From: an uncultured delta proteobacterium
GTDB taxonomy: Bacteria > Myxococcota_A > UBA9160 > SMWR01
Assembly: GCA_963832165.1 (NCBI GenBank)
Contig: CAWHTE010000001.1
Coordinates: forward strand, 640,001 to 704,000
Direction of reading: 5' to 3'
DNA: 64,000 bases
Positions 29,576 through 38,685 of the stretch are shown here, in pieces (position 1 is the first letter of the stretch; the number at the start of each line of letters is the position of its first letter). The notes beneath the pieces were generated by a model. It searched no databases and was not told where the DNA came from. It was given only the letters and a program-made list of their open reading frames with translations. The translations under genes were made by a program, and so were the position numbers.

Positions 29576-29646
29576 ATCGGGCAGAACGGGATGAAAAAAA
29601 TGGAAACATTTGTATCTCGAACGACAGTTGGGGCTCCGCGCGCCGA

Positions 29647-30039
29647 TCACTCGCGGGGCGACGCGTGCTCGAGCACGCGAGCGCGCTGCGCTCTCGCATC
29701 GCGCAGCGGCTCGCTGCGCAGCGCGTGAACCTCGCGCGCGTCGAAGTGTGGGCTCGGCTCCACACCGGACATTTCGCGCATCACCCAGTTGAGCAGCGCG
29801 GCGAGCCGGGTGTCGTCGAGCGACGACTGCGCGACGCCGGGCACGCGCACGAGATACGCGCGTCCCTCCGCGGTCGCGAGGAACGAGGAGAGCCCCGTGA
29901 GCGGAGGAACGACGTCGGGCACGCCCGCGCCGCCTCCCTGATGGCACCCCGAGCAATGCAGCAGGTAGTCCTCGTCGGGCAGCGGAGCGGCGCCCGCGGC
30001 GGCGGCCGCGCAGAGGACGAGCGCGGCGGCGCGCTTCAT
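29647..30039 (-). CDS. Monoheme cytochrome c, probable electron acceptor of the amine dehydrogenase
   Basis: Signal peptide, CSGCH, GRAYLVRVPGV; ATGA overlap with mauA. Confidence 0.85.
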   Translation of the reverse strand: MKRAAALVLCAAAAAGAAPLPDEDYLLHCSGCHQGGGAGVPDVVPPLTGLSSFLATAEGRAYLVRVPGVAQSSLDDTRLAALLNWVMREMSGVEPSPHFDAREVHALRSEPLRDARAQRARVLEHASPRE

Positions 30040-30584
30040 CGCTCCGGCTGCGGCTCGGTGGCCTGGCCGACCACGATCGCTACGGAGCAGTGATACACGA
30101 GCGACTTTGCCGTCGTGCACCAGTTGATGTCGTTGTTGCGGACCCAGTGGTAGTCGGGTCGCTCTCCCTCGTTGCGGTTGCAGCCGCAGCGCCCGCACCA
30201 TCCCTTCCCGCAGCAGTCGTTGTACGAGATGATGTAATCCTTGCCATCGGCCGGATTGCGACAGGTGCCGACCCAGCTGACCGGCGACATCTCGGATCCG
30301 GGCGGGCACGCCGAGGCGGAACCACCGCAGCACGCGCACGCGAAGCCGTCGATCGCGCAGTGCCGCCAGTACTCACAGCTCGTCTGGTCTCCTTCCGGGC
30401 CGGTGATCGGCTCGTCGGGCGTGGGCACGCGCGGGCTGTCCGCCGCGCCGCGCGCGACCGGCAGGAGCGGCACGGCCGCAGCTCCGATCAGCAGTCCACC
30501 CAGCCGCGCGAGGAAGGTGCGGCGTCCCACGCGGCGCGCGAGTCCGCGCACCGCGCGCTCGATCTGCGCGTCGAGGTCGGTCAC
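30036..30584 (-). CDS. mauA: TTQ amine dehydrogenase small subunit (methylamine/aralkylamine dehydrogenase light chain)
   Basis: Tat signal GRRTFL; CEYWRHCAIDG, CCGG, CPPG, SWVG, YNDCCG, NNDINWC; both TTQ tryptophans present. Confidence 0.95.
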   Translation of the reverse strand: MTDLDAQIERAVRGLARRVGRRTFLARLGGLLIGAAAVPLLPVARGAADSPRVPTPDEPITGPEGDQTSCEYWRHCAIDGFACACCGGSASACPPGSEMSPVSWVGTCRNPADGKDYIISYNDCCGKGWCGRCGCNRNEGERPDYHWVRNNDINWCTTAKSLVYHCSVAIVVGQATEPQPER

Positions 30585-31216
30585 GTGGTGCTTCCTCCCG
30601 CGTCGGGTCGCAGCTCACCCGCGCGAAGCGTGCGCGCGAGGTGGGCCTGGATCGTGGGCGCGCCGAGCCGCTCGGCTTCGAACAGGCTCTCGACGTGCTC
30701 GCGCGTGTTCACGAGGCCCTTCGCGCGCACGGTGCCGGCGGCGTCGATCAGCACCGCGTAGGGAAGCTTCGCCACTTCGAAGCGCAGCCCGAGCTCGCGC
30801 GAGAGGACGTAGCTCGCCGGATCGAGGCGCTGCTCGCGCGCGAACGCGGTGTGCTCGGCGAGGTCGCCGTCGCTCGCGTAGACGAGGCGCACGCGATCCT
30901 CACCGGCCACGACGCGTTGCAGGGTCGGCAGCAGGGTCTTGCACATCGGACAGGTCGGCGACCCGAAGAACAAGAGCGTGCTGCGCCCGGCCTCGTCCGC
31001 ACCGCCGATCCGGATCGACGCGCCGGACAACGCGGGCGCGAGCAGCACGGGCGCGGGCTCGCCCGCGGCGGGTCCGCGTGCGATCGCGAGTGCGCCGAGA
31101 GGCGCGAGGCGTTCGTGCAGCACGCCGAGCTGCCGCGCGAGCGCCGCGACGACGCCTGCGAGCACCACCACGAGCAGCCAGAGCAGGGCATTCGAAACGA
31201 GCAGGGCGTCCATCAT
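30581..31216 (-). CDS. mauD: Amine dehydrogenase accessory thioredoxin-like protein MauD
   Basis: LARQLGVLHERLAPLGAL, SPTCPMCK, KGLVNTREH.ESL. Confidence 0.93.
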   Translation of the reverse strand: MMDALLVSNALLWLLVVVLAGVVAALARQLGVLHERLAPLGALAIARGPAAGEPAPVLLAPALSGASIRIGGADEAGRSTLLFFGSPTCPMCKTLLPTLQRVVAGEDRVRLVYASDGDLAEHTAFAREQRLDPASYVLSRELGLRFEVAKLPYAVLIDAAGTVRAKGLVNTREHVESLFEAERLGAPTIQAHLARTLRAGELRPDAGGSTT

Positions 31217-31737
31217 GCCGACCTCCCGAGGCGCGCCGCGCTGAACGCGAGCGATTGCGCGGCGATCCACACGAACGAGAGCGCGGCCGCGCACGCGGCC
31301 ACCGAGAGCGCATCGATCCAGACCAGCTCGCGGCTCGACACGGGAAGCGCGGCGGGGAGCGCGACCGCTGCGAGCAATGCGTTGCGCAGGAGCAGGCCGT
31401 GCGAGAGCGGTTGCGGGTGTGCGGAGCAGCCGCAGTCGATCTCGCGTCGACCGCGCGCGAGGTTGATCGCGATCGCGCCCGAGTAGAGCGCGAGCAGCGA
31501 CGCGGCGGCGGCGCTCGCGCCGACTGCGCTCGCGGGCCAGAGGAGACCGAGCGCCACGGCGGTTTCGCACGCGGCGAACGCGCACGCGATCGCGGGCACG
31601 AGGGCGCTCGGCACGAGGCGATGCGCTGCGACGGCTTCCGAGAACCCGCGCAGATCGCGCCATTTGTGGAGCGCGGCGGCGGCGAACACGCCCGCCAGCA
31701 CGAGGCGCGCCACCCATGCGGCGATCGGGTCGATCAT
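31213..31737 (-). CDS. mauE: MauE membrane protein
   Basis: AALHKWRD, NLARGRREIDCGC, LLRN. Confidence 0.92.
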   Translation of the reverse strand: MIDPIAAWVARLVLAGVFAAAALHKWRDLRGFSEAVAAHRLVPSALVPAIACAFAACETAVALGLLWPASAVGASAAAASLLALYSGAIAINLARGRREIDCGCSAHPQPLSHGLLLRNALLAAVALPAALPVSSRELVWIDALSVAACAAALSFVWIAAQSLAFSAARLGRSA

Positions 31738-31738
31738 C

Positions 31739-32959
31739 TCAATGCACTCCCATCGTGGGGCCCGCAATCCCGACCTCGTCGATGTTGCGCAGGTGCTCGC
31801 CCGTGCGCGCGTCGAGCACCACGACCACACCGACCTCGGCGTTGCGCACGAACAGCAGCGGCGCCGCATCCTGGGTCACCAGCAGCGAGTGCGCTCCGTC
31901 GCTCGAGATCCAGCGCTGGAGACTCCGGTGGAACCAGCCGCCCGAGGTGACACCGAGCCGCGGAGCGACGTAGGCGGTCATGAAGCTCGGAAGCGCGAAG
32001 CGCGCGATCTGCTGCCGCTTGGCCGTGTCGTAGACCCGGATCTCGGGCCCGGGGGCCTTGTGCGAGCCGCGCTCGCCCTGGTGCACGATCGAGTAGAGCC
32101 GCTCGGACGCCGCGTGCCACGCGAGGTGCTGGAATCCGCCGACGCGCCAGCGATCACTGCGGTCCGCGTCCGAGAAGAGCGACCAGCTCGGCGCGACCGC
32201 GGGAGGATCGGAGGCGAAATCGATCACGTGCGCGTTGCCCTCGAACGAGGCGAACAGCCAGCGGGTGCCCGAGCGCACGCCGGCCATCGTGACCGGATCC
32301 TCGACCGGATCGAAGAAGCGCGCGGAATGCGCGACGACGCGGCCGTGTCCCGCGTTGTCGAGCTCGACGACGGTCGTCGTGCCGTCGTCGCAGAGCGTTG
32401 CGAACCGGCGCTCGCCGGTCGGGAAGACGCCCGCGCAGCCCGTGATCACCACGTCGCCCACGAAACGCCGCGCTTCGAGATCGCTGATCGAGACCGACGC
32501 GTACGGGAACTGGTTGAAGGTGGCCAGGAAGCGCTCGCCGTCGAGCAGCGCCGCGTAGGCGATCGAGGTGTTGGCGTCCCCGGTATGCGGGGGCAACACG
32601 ATCTCGCCCGTCACCGAGAGTGTGCGGTCGTCGTAGATCGTGATGAAGTCGATGCGCTCGCCGCGACGCCCGCGCGAATAGGCGATGTCGGCGGTGTAGA
32701 CCTCGCCGCGCCGCCGCGCGTGCATCGGGAGCTTGGGCGTCACCGTCACGCTCGATGAGTCGACCATCCCGAGCATCTTGCCCGAGTCGCCGTCGAAGAG
32801 CGCGCTGCGCTGCCAGATCCGGTCGGTCACCCACACGCGGTGCTCGCCGCCGGGCGGGATCTGCATCGGCTCCGACGCCTGCGGTTCTGCGGCTCCGGAT
32901 GCGACGCACAGCAAGACCGCGGTGCAGACGCCGGCGATCCCGCGCAGCCCGCCCATCAC
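31739..32959 (-). CDS. mauB: TTQ amine dehydrogenase large subunit (beta-propeller)
   Basis: Signal peptide; DGDSGKMLGMV, YSRGRRGER.D, GC...P...F..LC.DG, GGFQ, HK.PGPEI; position in the mauBEDA order. Confidence 0.9.
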   Translation of the reverse strand: MMGGLRGIAGVCTAVLLCVASGAAEPQASEPMQIPPGGEHRVWVTDRIWQRSALFDGDSGKMLGMVDSSSVTVTPKLPMHARRRGEVYTADIAYSRGRRGERIDFITIYDDRTLSVTGEIVLPPHTGDANTSIAYAALLDGERFLATFNQFPYASVSISDLEARRFVGDVVITGCAGVFPTGERRFATLCDDGTTTVVELDNAGHGRVVAHSARFFDPVEDPVTMAGVRSGTRWLFASFEGNAHVIDFASDPPAVAPSWSLFSDADRSDRWRVGGFQHLAWHAASERLYSIVHQGERGSHKAPGPEIRVYDTAKRQQIARFALPSFMTAYVAPRLGVTSGGWFHRSLQRWISSDGAHSLLVTQDAAPLLFVRNAEVGVVVVLDARTGEHLRNIDEVGIAGPTMGVH

Positions 32960-35403
32960 GCGGCCTCCCGCAGCTCGGCGTGGCGCGCGCCTTCGGGTCC
33001 GAACGGCTCGAACGTGAGCACGAGCGCGGGCGTGAGCAGGAGATCGGCGACCAGTGCGGTCGCGATCGTCGTGGCGAGCAGCACGCCGGACTGCGCGCTC
33101 GAGTCGAGCACCGAGAAGATGTTCACGAGGAAGCCCAACACGAGCACGAGCGAGGTCACGAACACGGCATGGCCGACGTCGGTCATCGCGGCCCTGAGCG
33201 CCTCGCTGTAGCTGCCGGTCACGGTGAACTCATGGTGGTAGCGCGAGATGAAGTGAATCGTGTCGTCGACGGCGATTCCCATGGCGACGGTGGCGATCAT
33301 GATCTTGTTGTAGTCGAGCGGAATCCCGAGCCATCCCATGCCGCCCAGCGTGAGCAGGATGGGCCACACGTTCGGCACCATCGAGAGCAGACCGGTCTTG
33401 ATCGAGCCGAAGATGAAGCACATCATCGCGCCGATCAGCGCGAATGCGTAGAGGAAGCTCTCGATCTGGCTCGAGACGATGTAGTCGAGCAGCTCGAGCC
33501 AGAGCGCGCCGATGCCCGTGAGCTGCACGTCGACTCCCGCGATCGGGTGGGCGGCGAGGTAGGCGCCGAGCTGCTTGACGAGATCGTCGGTGAGGCTGAT
33601 CGGTGCGATCCGCAGCCGCAGCTCGAGATTCGCACGTGAGAAGTCCGTGGTGGCCCACTCCTGCACCTCGTCGCCGCCCGACGTCTCGTAGAGAAGCAGC
33701 AGCTGCGAGACGAGCGCGCGGTCGTCCGGGATCGCATAGTAGGCCGGGTCGCCGTCGTGGAATGACTGGTTCAGGTCCTTCACGATGTCGACGATCGAGT
33801 AGGCCTTCTTCACCAGGAAGCCGTGCTTCTCGGCCTCCAGCTGCACGCGCTCGATCGCGCGCAGCACCTCGGGATCGCGGATGCCGTCCTCGCGCTTCGT
33901 GTCGAACACGTAGACGAGGTTGCTCATGCCGCCCATCACCTCGTCGATGCGGGTGGTGGCGCCCTTGAGCTGAACGCGGTCGGAGAAGTCGTTGAGCCAG
34001 TTCGAGTCGACGCGCAGGCGCGCAACGCCGACGAGCGAGAAGATCGAGATCGCCGCGAACACGACGAGCACGGCGCGCCGGTTTCGCACGTTCCAGGTGG
34101 CCACCGAGGCGAGCCCGCGCACGAGCCACTGGCCGCCGCGCTCGGAGCCGGCGGGGCGCGGCTTCGGCTCGCGCCGGCCGAACGAGAGCAGCGCGGGGAG
34201 CAGCGTCATGGTGAGCGCGAACGCGAGCACGACGCCCACGGCGCTGTACACCGACATGTGCGAGATTGCCACGATCGGCGATACCTGGAGCGCGAGGAAG
34301 CCCACGGCCGTGGTCATGCTCGTGAGCAGGCACGGCGCGCCCACGAGGTAGAGCGTCTGCACGATCGCCTCGCGGCGGTCGCCCAGCCGCTGGAACAGCG
34401 TCCGGAACTCGACGAGGATGTGCACGGCCTCGGCCACACCCACCGTGACGAGGATGTTCGGCACCGATCCGAACATCATGTCGAGCTTCCAGCCGACCAG
34501 CGTCACGAACGCGATCGTCCCGAACACGGCGATCTGGACGATCGTGAGCGGGCCCAGCACACCCACGATCGAGCGGAAGAACAGCGCGAGCACGACCCCG
34601 ATCACGGCCGACGAGATCATCTGGAGGAAGCCGTTCTCGTGCTCGATGATCCGGTTGTAGGCGGTGTTGAGCGGAACGTCGCCCGAGTGATAGAAGCGCA
34701 AGCCCGCGTACTCGGGCCGCGCCACGATCTCCTCGATCTTCTCGCTCGTGACCTGCGGATAGAGGTTGTCGAGCGCGTCGGGGCGCTCGGCGTTCGGGTC
34801 GAGGCGGATGCGCTCGGGCGGATCCGTGCTCGTGCGATCCATGTCGATCGAGATCGCGCCGAAGCGCCCGTCGGCCGTGACGAGACCGCCCACGTACTGG
34901 GGCTTGGCCAGGAACAGCCCGCGCGCCTCCTGCATCGCCTCGCGCGTGTGCGGGAAGTCGCGCCAGACCTCGCGGATCGCGATGCCGTCGGCCGTCGGGG
35001 TGACGATCTCGGCGTTGGCGAGGCTCGTCACCTCGTAGAGGAACGGAACCTCGTCTTCGATCGCTTCGGTGAGCTGCGCGATCCGCTGCATCGTCTCGAG
35101 GTCGAAGACGCCGTCGGCGGCGTCGGGGGCCTCGTACATGAGGTAGGAGACTTCGTCGGAGCCGAAGTCGTCGCGATAGGTCAGGTAGTCGCGGTAGCTC
35201 GGATCGCCCGGCGCGAAGAACGCCTCGTAGGAGTTGTCGATGCGCGCGCGCCCCACGAGCACGATCGAGCCCGTGATGAACGCGGCCGTCGCCGCGAGCA
35301 CGATCCAGCGGTGGTCGAAGCACCAGCCCGCGAGGTGCCCGAATGCGCGGTTGATCGCGCCGATCGCCCCCGAGCCCCCCTCTCGACCGTTCGCGGCCGC
35401 CAT
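32956..35403 (-). CDS. MMPL/RND family transporter
   Basis: Two repeats of periplasmic domain plus TM bundle; GVAEAVH, LTSMTTAVGF, GIAVDDTIH. Confidence 0.92.
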   Translation of the reverse strand: MAAANGREGGSGAIGAINRAFGHLAGWCFDHRWIVLAATAAFITGSIVLVGRARIDNSYEAFFAPGDPSYRDYLTYRDDFGSDEVSYLMYEAPDAADGVFDLETMQRIAQLTEAIEDEVPFLYEVTSLANAEIVTPTADGIAIREVWRDFPHTREAMQEARGLFLAKPQYVGGLVTADGRFGAISIDMDRTSTDPPERIRLDPNAERPDALDNLYPQVTSEKIEEIVARPEYAGLRFYHSGDVPLNTAYNRIIEHENGFLQMISSAVIGVVLALFFRSIVGVLGPLTIVQIAVFGTIAFVTLVGWKLDMMFGSVPNILVTVGVAEAVHILVEFRTLFQRLGDRREAIVQTLYLVGAPCLLTSMTTAVGFLALQVSPIVAISHMSVYSAVGVVLAFALTMTLLPALLSFGRREPKPRPAGSERGGQWLVRGLASVATWNVRNRRAVLVVFAAISIFSLVGVARLRVDSNWLNDFSDRVQLKGATTRIDEVMGGMSNLVYVFDTKREDGIRDPEVLRAIERVQLEAEKHGFLVKKAYSIVDIVKDLNQSFHDGDPAYYAIPDDRALVSQLLLLYETSGGDEVQEWATTDFSRANLELRLRIAPISLTDDLVKQLGAYLAAHPIAGVDVQLTGIGALWLELLDYIVSSQIESFLYAFALIGAMMCFIFGSIKTGLLSMVPNVWPILLTLGGMGWLGIPLDYNKIMIATVAMGIAVDDTIHFISRYHHEFTVTGSYSEALRAAMTDVGHAVFVTSLVLVLGFLVNIFSVLDSSAQSGVLLATTIATALVADLLLTPALVLTFEPFGPEGARHAELREAA

Positions 35404-35408
35404 TCAGC

Positions 35409-36185
35409 TCACGCCGGCGCCGCCGCCAGCCCGCCGTCGATCTTGATCACGGCACCGGTCGTGAAGCTCGACGCGTCGCTCGCGAGGTAGAGCGCGGCGC
35501 CGACGACCTCGTCGGCCTGGCCGCCGCGGCGCAGCGGGATGCTGCGCTCGAGCTGCGCGGTCGCCTCGGGTCCCCACGCCTTGCTGATGTCGGTGAGGAA
35601 CGGGCCCGGCATGATGCAGTTCACGCGGACCTCGGGCGCGAGCACGCGTGCGAGCGCGACCGTGAGGTTGTTGAGCCCGGCCTTTGCCGCGGCGTAGGGC
35701 ACTTCGATCGGCGAGGGCTGTACCGCGGCGATGCTGCTGACGTTGATGATCGAGCCGCGGCCGTCCTGCTTCATCCGCGTGCCGATCCGCGCCGCGAGCC
35801 GGAACGGCCCCTTGAGGTTCACGCTGAGCACCTTGTCGAAGAGCTCTTCGCTGACCTGGTCGATCGAGGGATAGAGCGGCGACATGCCCGCGTTGTTCAC
35901 GAGCACGTCGACGCGACCGAACTCCGCGTAGACGGTGTCGGCGAGCGCGTCGCAATCTTCCCAGCGTCCGACGTGACACGCCACGCCGAGCGCGCGTCGC
36001 CCCGTGTGCTCGGAGATCTCGGCGGCGAGCGCCGTACACGGTTCCTTCTTGCGGCTCGCGATCACCACGTCGGCGCCGTGCGCGGCGAACGCGCGCACCA
36101 TCGCCTCGCCCAGGCCGCGGCTTCCGCCCGTGACGACGGCGACGCGCCCGTGCAGATCGAGCTCGAGGCGGTGACTCTGGCCCAT
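35409..36185 (-). CDS. SDR family oxidoreductase
   Basis: TGGSRGLG, NNAG, YAAAK. Confidence 0.93.
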   Translation of the reverse strand: MGQSHRLELDLHGRVAVVTGGSRGLGEAMVRAFAAHGADVVIASRKKEPCTALAAEISEHTGRRALGVACHVGRWEDCDALADTVYAEFGRVDVLVNNAGMSPLYPSIDQVSEELFDKVLSVNLKGPFRLAARIGTRMKQDGRGSIINVSSIAAVQPSPIEVPYAAAKAGLNNLTVALARVLAPEVRVNCIMPGPFLTDISKAWGPEATAQLERSIPLRRGGQADEVVGAALYLASDASSFTTGAVIKIDGGLAAAPA

Positions 36186-36194
36186 CTCGAAGCG

Positions 36195-37493
36195 CTACAG
36201 GTTCCCGATCTCGTGCTCGAGCAGGTGCGCGAAGCGCTCGCGCGCCGCGGCGCGCTTCGTGGGCAGGTGCCCGCTCGGCCACAGACCGTCGACGCCCTTG
36301 TGATCGCGCAGCACCTGCTTGGCCACCGTCACCTTGTGCACCTCGGTCGGGCCGTCGGCGATGCCCATCACCTCAGCCGCCATCAGCATGCGCGCGAACG
36401 GCATCTCGTTCGAGACGCCGAGCGCGCCGTGCAGGTGCATCGCGCGCTGCACCACGTCGTGCAGGACCTTCGGCATCGCCACCTTCACCGCGGCGATGTC
36501 CTTGCGCACCTTCCTGTAGTCCTTGTAGCGGTCGATCAGCCAGGCCGTGCGCATCACGAGCAGCCGGAACTGCTCGATCTCGATCCAGCTGTCGGCGATC
36601 TTCTCCTGGACCATCTGGAGCGATGCGAGCTTGCCGCCGCGCACCTCGCGCGAGAGCGCGCGCTCGCACATCATGTCGAACGTGCGCCGCAGCTGCGCGA
36701 CCGTGCGCATCGCGTGGTGGATGCGCCCGCCGCCGAGCCGCGTCTGCGCGATCACGAACGCGGAGCCGGGCTTCCCGAGCACGTGATCCGCGGGCACGCG
36801 CACATTCTCGTAGCGGATGTAGGCGTGGCTCGCGTGCGCCTCGGATTCGGTGCCGACCCCCACGTTGCGCACGATGTTCACGCCGGGTGTGTCGGTGGGC
36901 ACGATGATCATGCTCATGCCCTCGTAGGGCGAGACATCGGGATCCGTCACCGCCATCACGATCAGGAAGCTCGAGTAGCGCGCGTTCGACGAGAACCACT
37001 TCTCGCCGTTGATCACCCACTCGTCTCCGTCGCGCTTGGCGCGCGTGATGAAGAGGGTCGGGTCGGCGCCCGCGTGCGGCTCGGTCATCGAATAACACGA
37101 CGAGATCTCGCCATCGAGCAATGGCTGCAGGAAGCGCTTCTTCTGCGACTCGCTGCCGTAGTGCGCGAGGATCTCGGCGTTGCCCGAATCCGGTGCCTGG
37201 CAGCCGAAGATCGACGGTGCCCAGCTCGAGCGGCCGAGGATCTCGTTCATGAGCGCGAGCTTGAGCTGTCCGAAACCCGGTCCGCCGAGCTCTTCGCCGA
37301 GATGGCACGCCCACAGACCGCGCTCCTTCACCTTCGCCTGCAACGGCCTGGCGATCGCGAGCGCTCGCTTGTCGCTCTTGTCGTACGGGTCGCCCAGCAC
37401 GAAGTCGAGCGGCTCGACCTCGTCGCGCACGAACGCGTCCACCCAATCGAGCTCGCGCTGGAACTCGGGGTCGGTCTCGAAATCCCAGGCCAT
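36195..37493 (-). CDS. Acyl-CoA dehydrogenase
   Basis: APDSGNAE, YSMTEP, RLGGGRIHH, IADGPTEVH; GGAGG RBS. Confidence 0.93.
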   Translation of the reverse strand: MAWDFETDPEFQRELDWVDAFVRDEVEPLDFVLGDPYDKSDKRALAIARPLQAKVKERGLWACHLGEELGGPGFGQLKLALMNEILGRSSWAPSIFGCQAPDSGNAEILAHYGSESQKKRFLQPLLDGEISSCYSMTEPHAGADPTLFITRAKRDGDEWVINGEKWFSSNARYSSFLIVMAVTDPDVSPYEGMSMIIVPTDTPGVNIVRNVGVGTESEAHASHAYIRYENVRVPADHVLGKPGSAFVIAQTRLGGGRIHHAMRTVAQLRRTFDMMCERALSREVRGGKLASLQMVQEKIADSWIEIEQFRLLVMRTAWLIDRYKDYRKVRKDIAAVKVAMPKVLHDVVQRAMHLHGALGVSNEMPFARMLMAAEVMGIADGPTEVHKVTVAKQVLRDHKGVDGLWPSGHLPTKRAAARERFAHLLEHEIGNL

Positions 37494-37515
37494 CGGGGGG
37501 TCCTCCACTTTTCGA

Positions 37516-37556
37516 CTTCGCTCGCCTGCGGCTCGCTGCGCGCCGGCTTCGCCGGC
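37516..37556 (-). repeat. REP-like palindromic repeat, family B
   Basis: Reverse complement of 37516-37542 is CGCGCAGCGAGCCGCAGGCGAGCGAAG, matching copies at 58320 and 58375; adjacent GCCGGC-TTC-GCCGGC hairpin. Confidence 0.7.
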
Positions 37557-37609
37557 TTGCGTCGGGTCGGAGACCCACTGTGAACCATGGGCTCCGATCG
37601 GGCAAGCGC

Positions 37610-38542
37610 TCAGCCGGTAAAGGGCGGGACGGCCTCGCCGCGCACGCGAGCGCGATGGCGGTCCTTGAGGATCAGCGCCGCGTCGACGAGCGTCTTGCGT
37701 TTGGGACCGCGCTCGAGGATCGCGTCGAGCTCGCGCAACTCCTCCTCGGTGAAGCCGGCCTCGATCCGCTCCTCGCGCGCGATCGCGCGCACTCCGAACG
37801 AGAAGCGCGTGTCGGTCTCGCGCTGGAACTCCGCGGCGCGCCGCGCGTGCTCGGGGTCGTCGCGCGTGAACTCCTTCACCCAGTCGCTGCCGAAGCGCAC
37901 GTGGGTGAGCTCGTCCGCGAGCACGAAGTCGACCGCCTGCTCGATGATCTCGTCGCTCTGGGCCCGCCCGTAGTCGATCAGCGAGCGGAACGCATCGCAG
38001 GCGAGGCCCTCGAGGCAGCGGTTCACGCCCGCGACGCGCAGCACGGGATCCTCGACGCACGACGTCTCGAACAGGAAGGTGTTCTCGGGGAACTCGCCGA
38101 GCTCGCCGCCGACGTGGTCGAGGAGCTTCTCGTAGATCTGCACGTGGCGCGCCTCGTCCCAGGACTGACGCGCCATGTTCATCTTGAACTCCCAGGGCGC
38201 GTCGGGAAAATCCCAGAGCGTGCGGCTCGCGGCCTCGAGTGCTTGCAGCTCGCCGACGAAGATGCCGTGGAGCTGTGCGCGGAGCTGGAGCGGCGTGCGC
38301 TCGGTGCTCTGCGCGGTGCCGGCAGCCGTGGTCAGGAACATGAAGCCCGGGCCGAGGTCGTCGAAGACCGCCTCGAGCGTGGTGCCCTCGACGCGCTCGC
38401 GCAGCTTGGGCGCCACCTGCTCGAGCACGCGGACCACGCCCGCGACGTCGTCGGGCAGGGTGCGGAACAGCTCGTTCTTCGAGTTGGCGCGCTTGAAGCG
38501 CGAGTCTCGCGCGAGGTCGCGGGGCGGGAGGAAGCGCTTCAT
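37610..38542 (-). CDS. Ferritin-like diiron protein (DUF455-like)
   Basis: GELQALE, WDEARH, LEGLACD, ADELTH: two E...EXXH ligand sets. Confidence 0.8.
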   Translation of the reverse strand: MKRFLPPRDLARDSRFKRANSKNELFRTLPDDVAGVVRVLEQVAPKLRERVEGTTLEAVFDDLGPGFMFLTTAAGTAQSTERTPLQLRAQLHGIFVGELQALEAASRTLWDFPDAPWEFKMNMARQSWDEARHVQIYEKLLDHVGGELGEFPENTFLFETSCVEDPVLRVAGVNRCLEGLACDAFRSLIDYGRAQSDEIIEQAVDFVLADELTHVRFGSDWVKEFTRDDPEHARRAAEFQRETDTRFSFGVRAIAREERIEAGFTEEELRELDAILERGPKRKTLVDAALILKDRHRARVRGEAVPPFTG

Positions 38543-38685
38543 GACGGCTCCGGGCGCGCAGTAGAGCCACCCAAGGATGGCTCCGCGGCCGCGAAAGCTC
38601 AATACGGAGGGCGCCGCAGCCTCCAGGTAAACCGCCGGGCGGGCCGCCGGGTCAGATAGGGGCATCCAACCAGGGGGACTCCGTC

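Noticed and set aside
30036..32959. Methylotrophy inferred from mau genes
   Set aside because: No mauG, amicyanin or C1-assimilation genes in the window; substrate cannot be read from sequence
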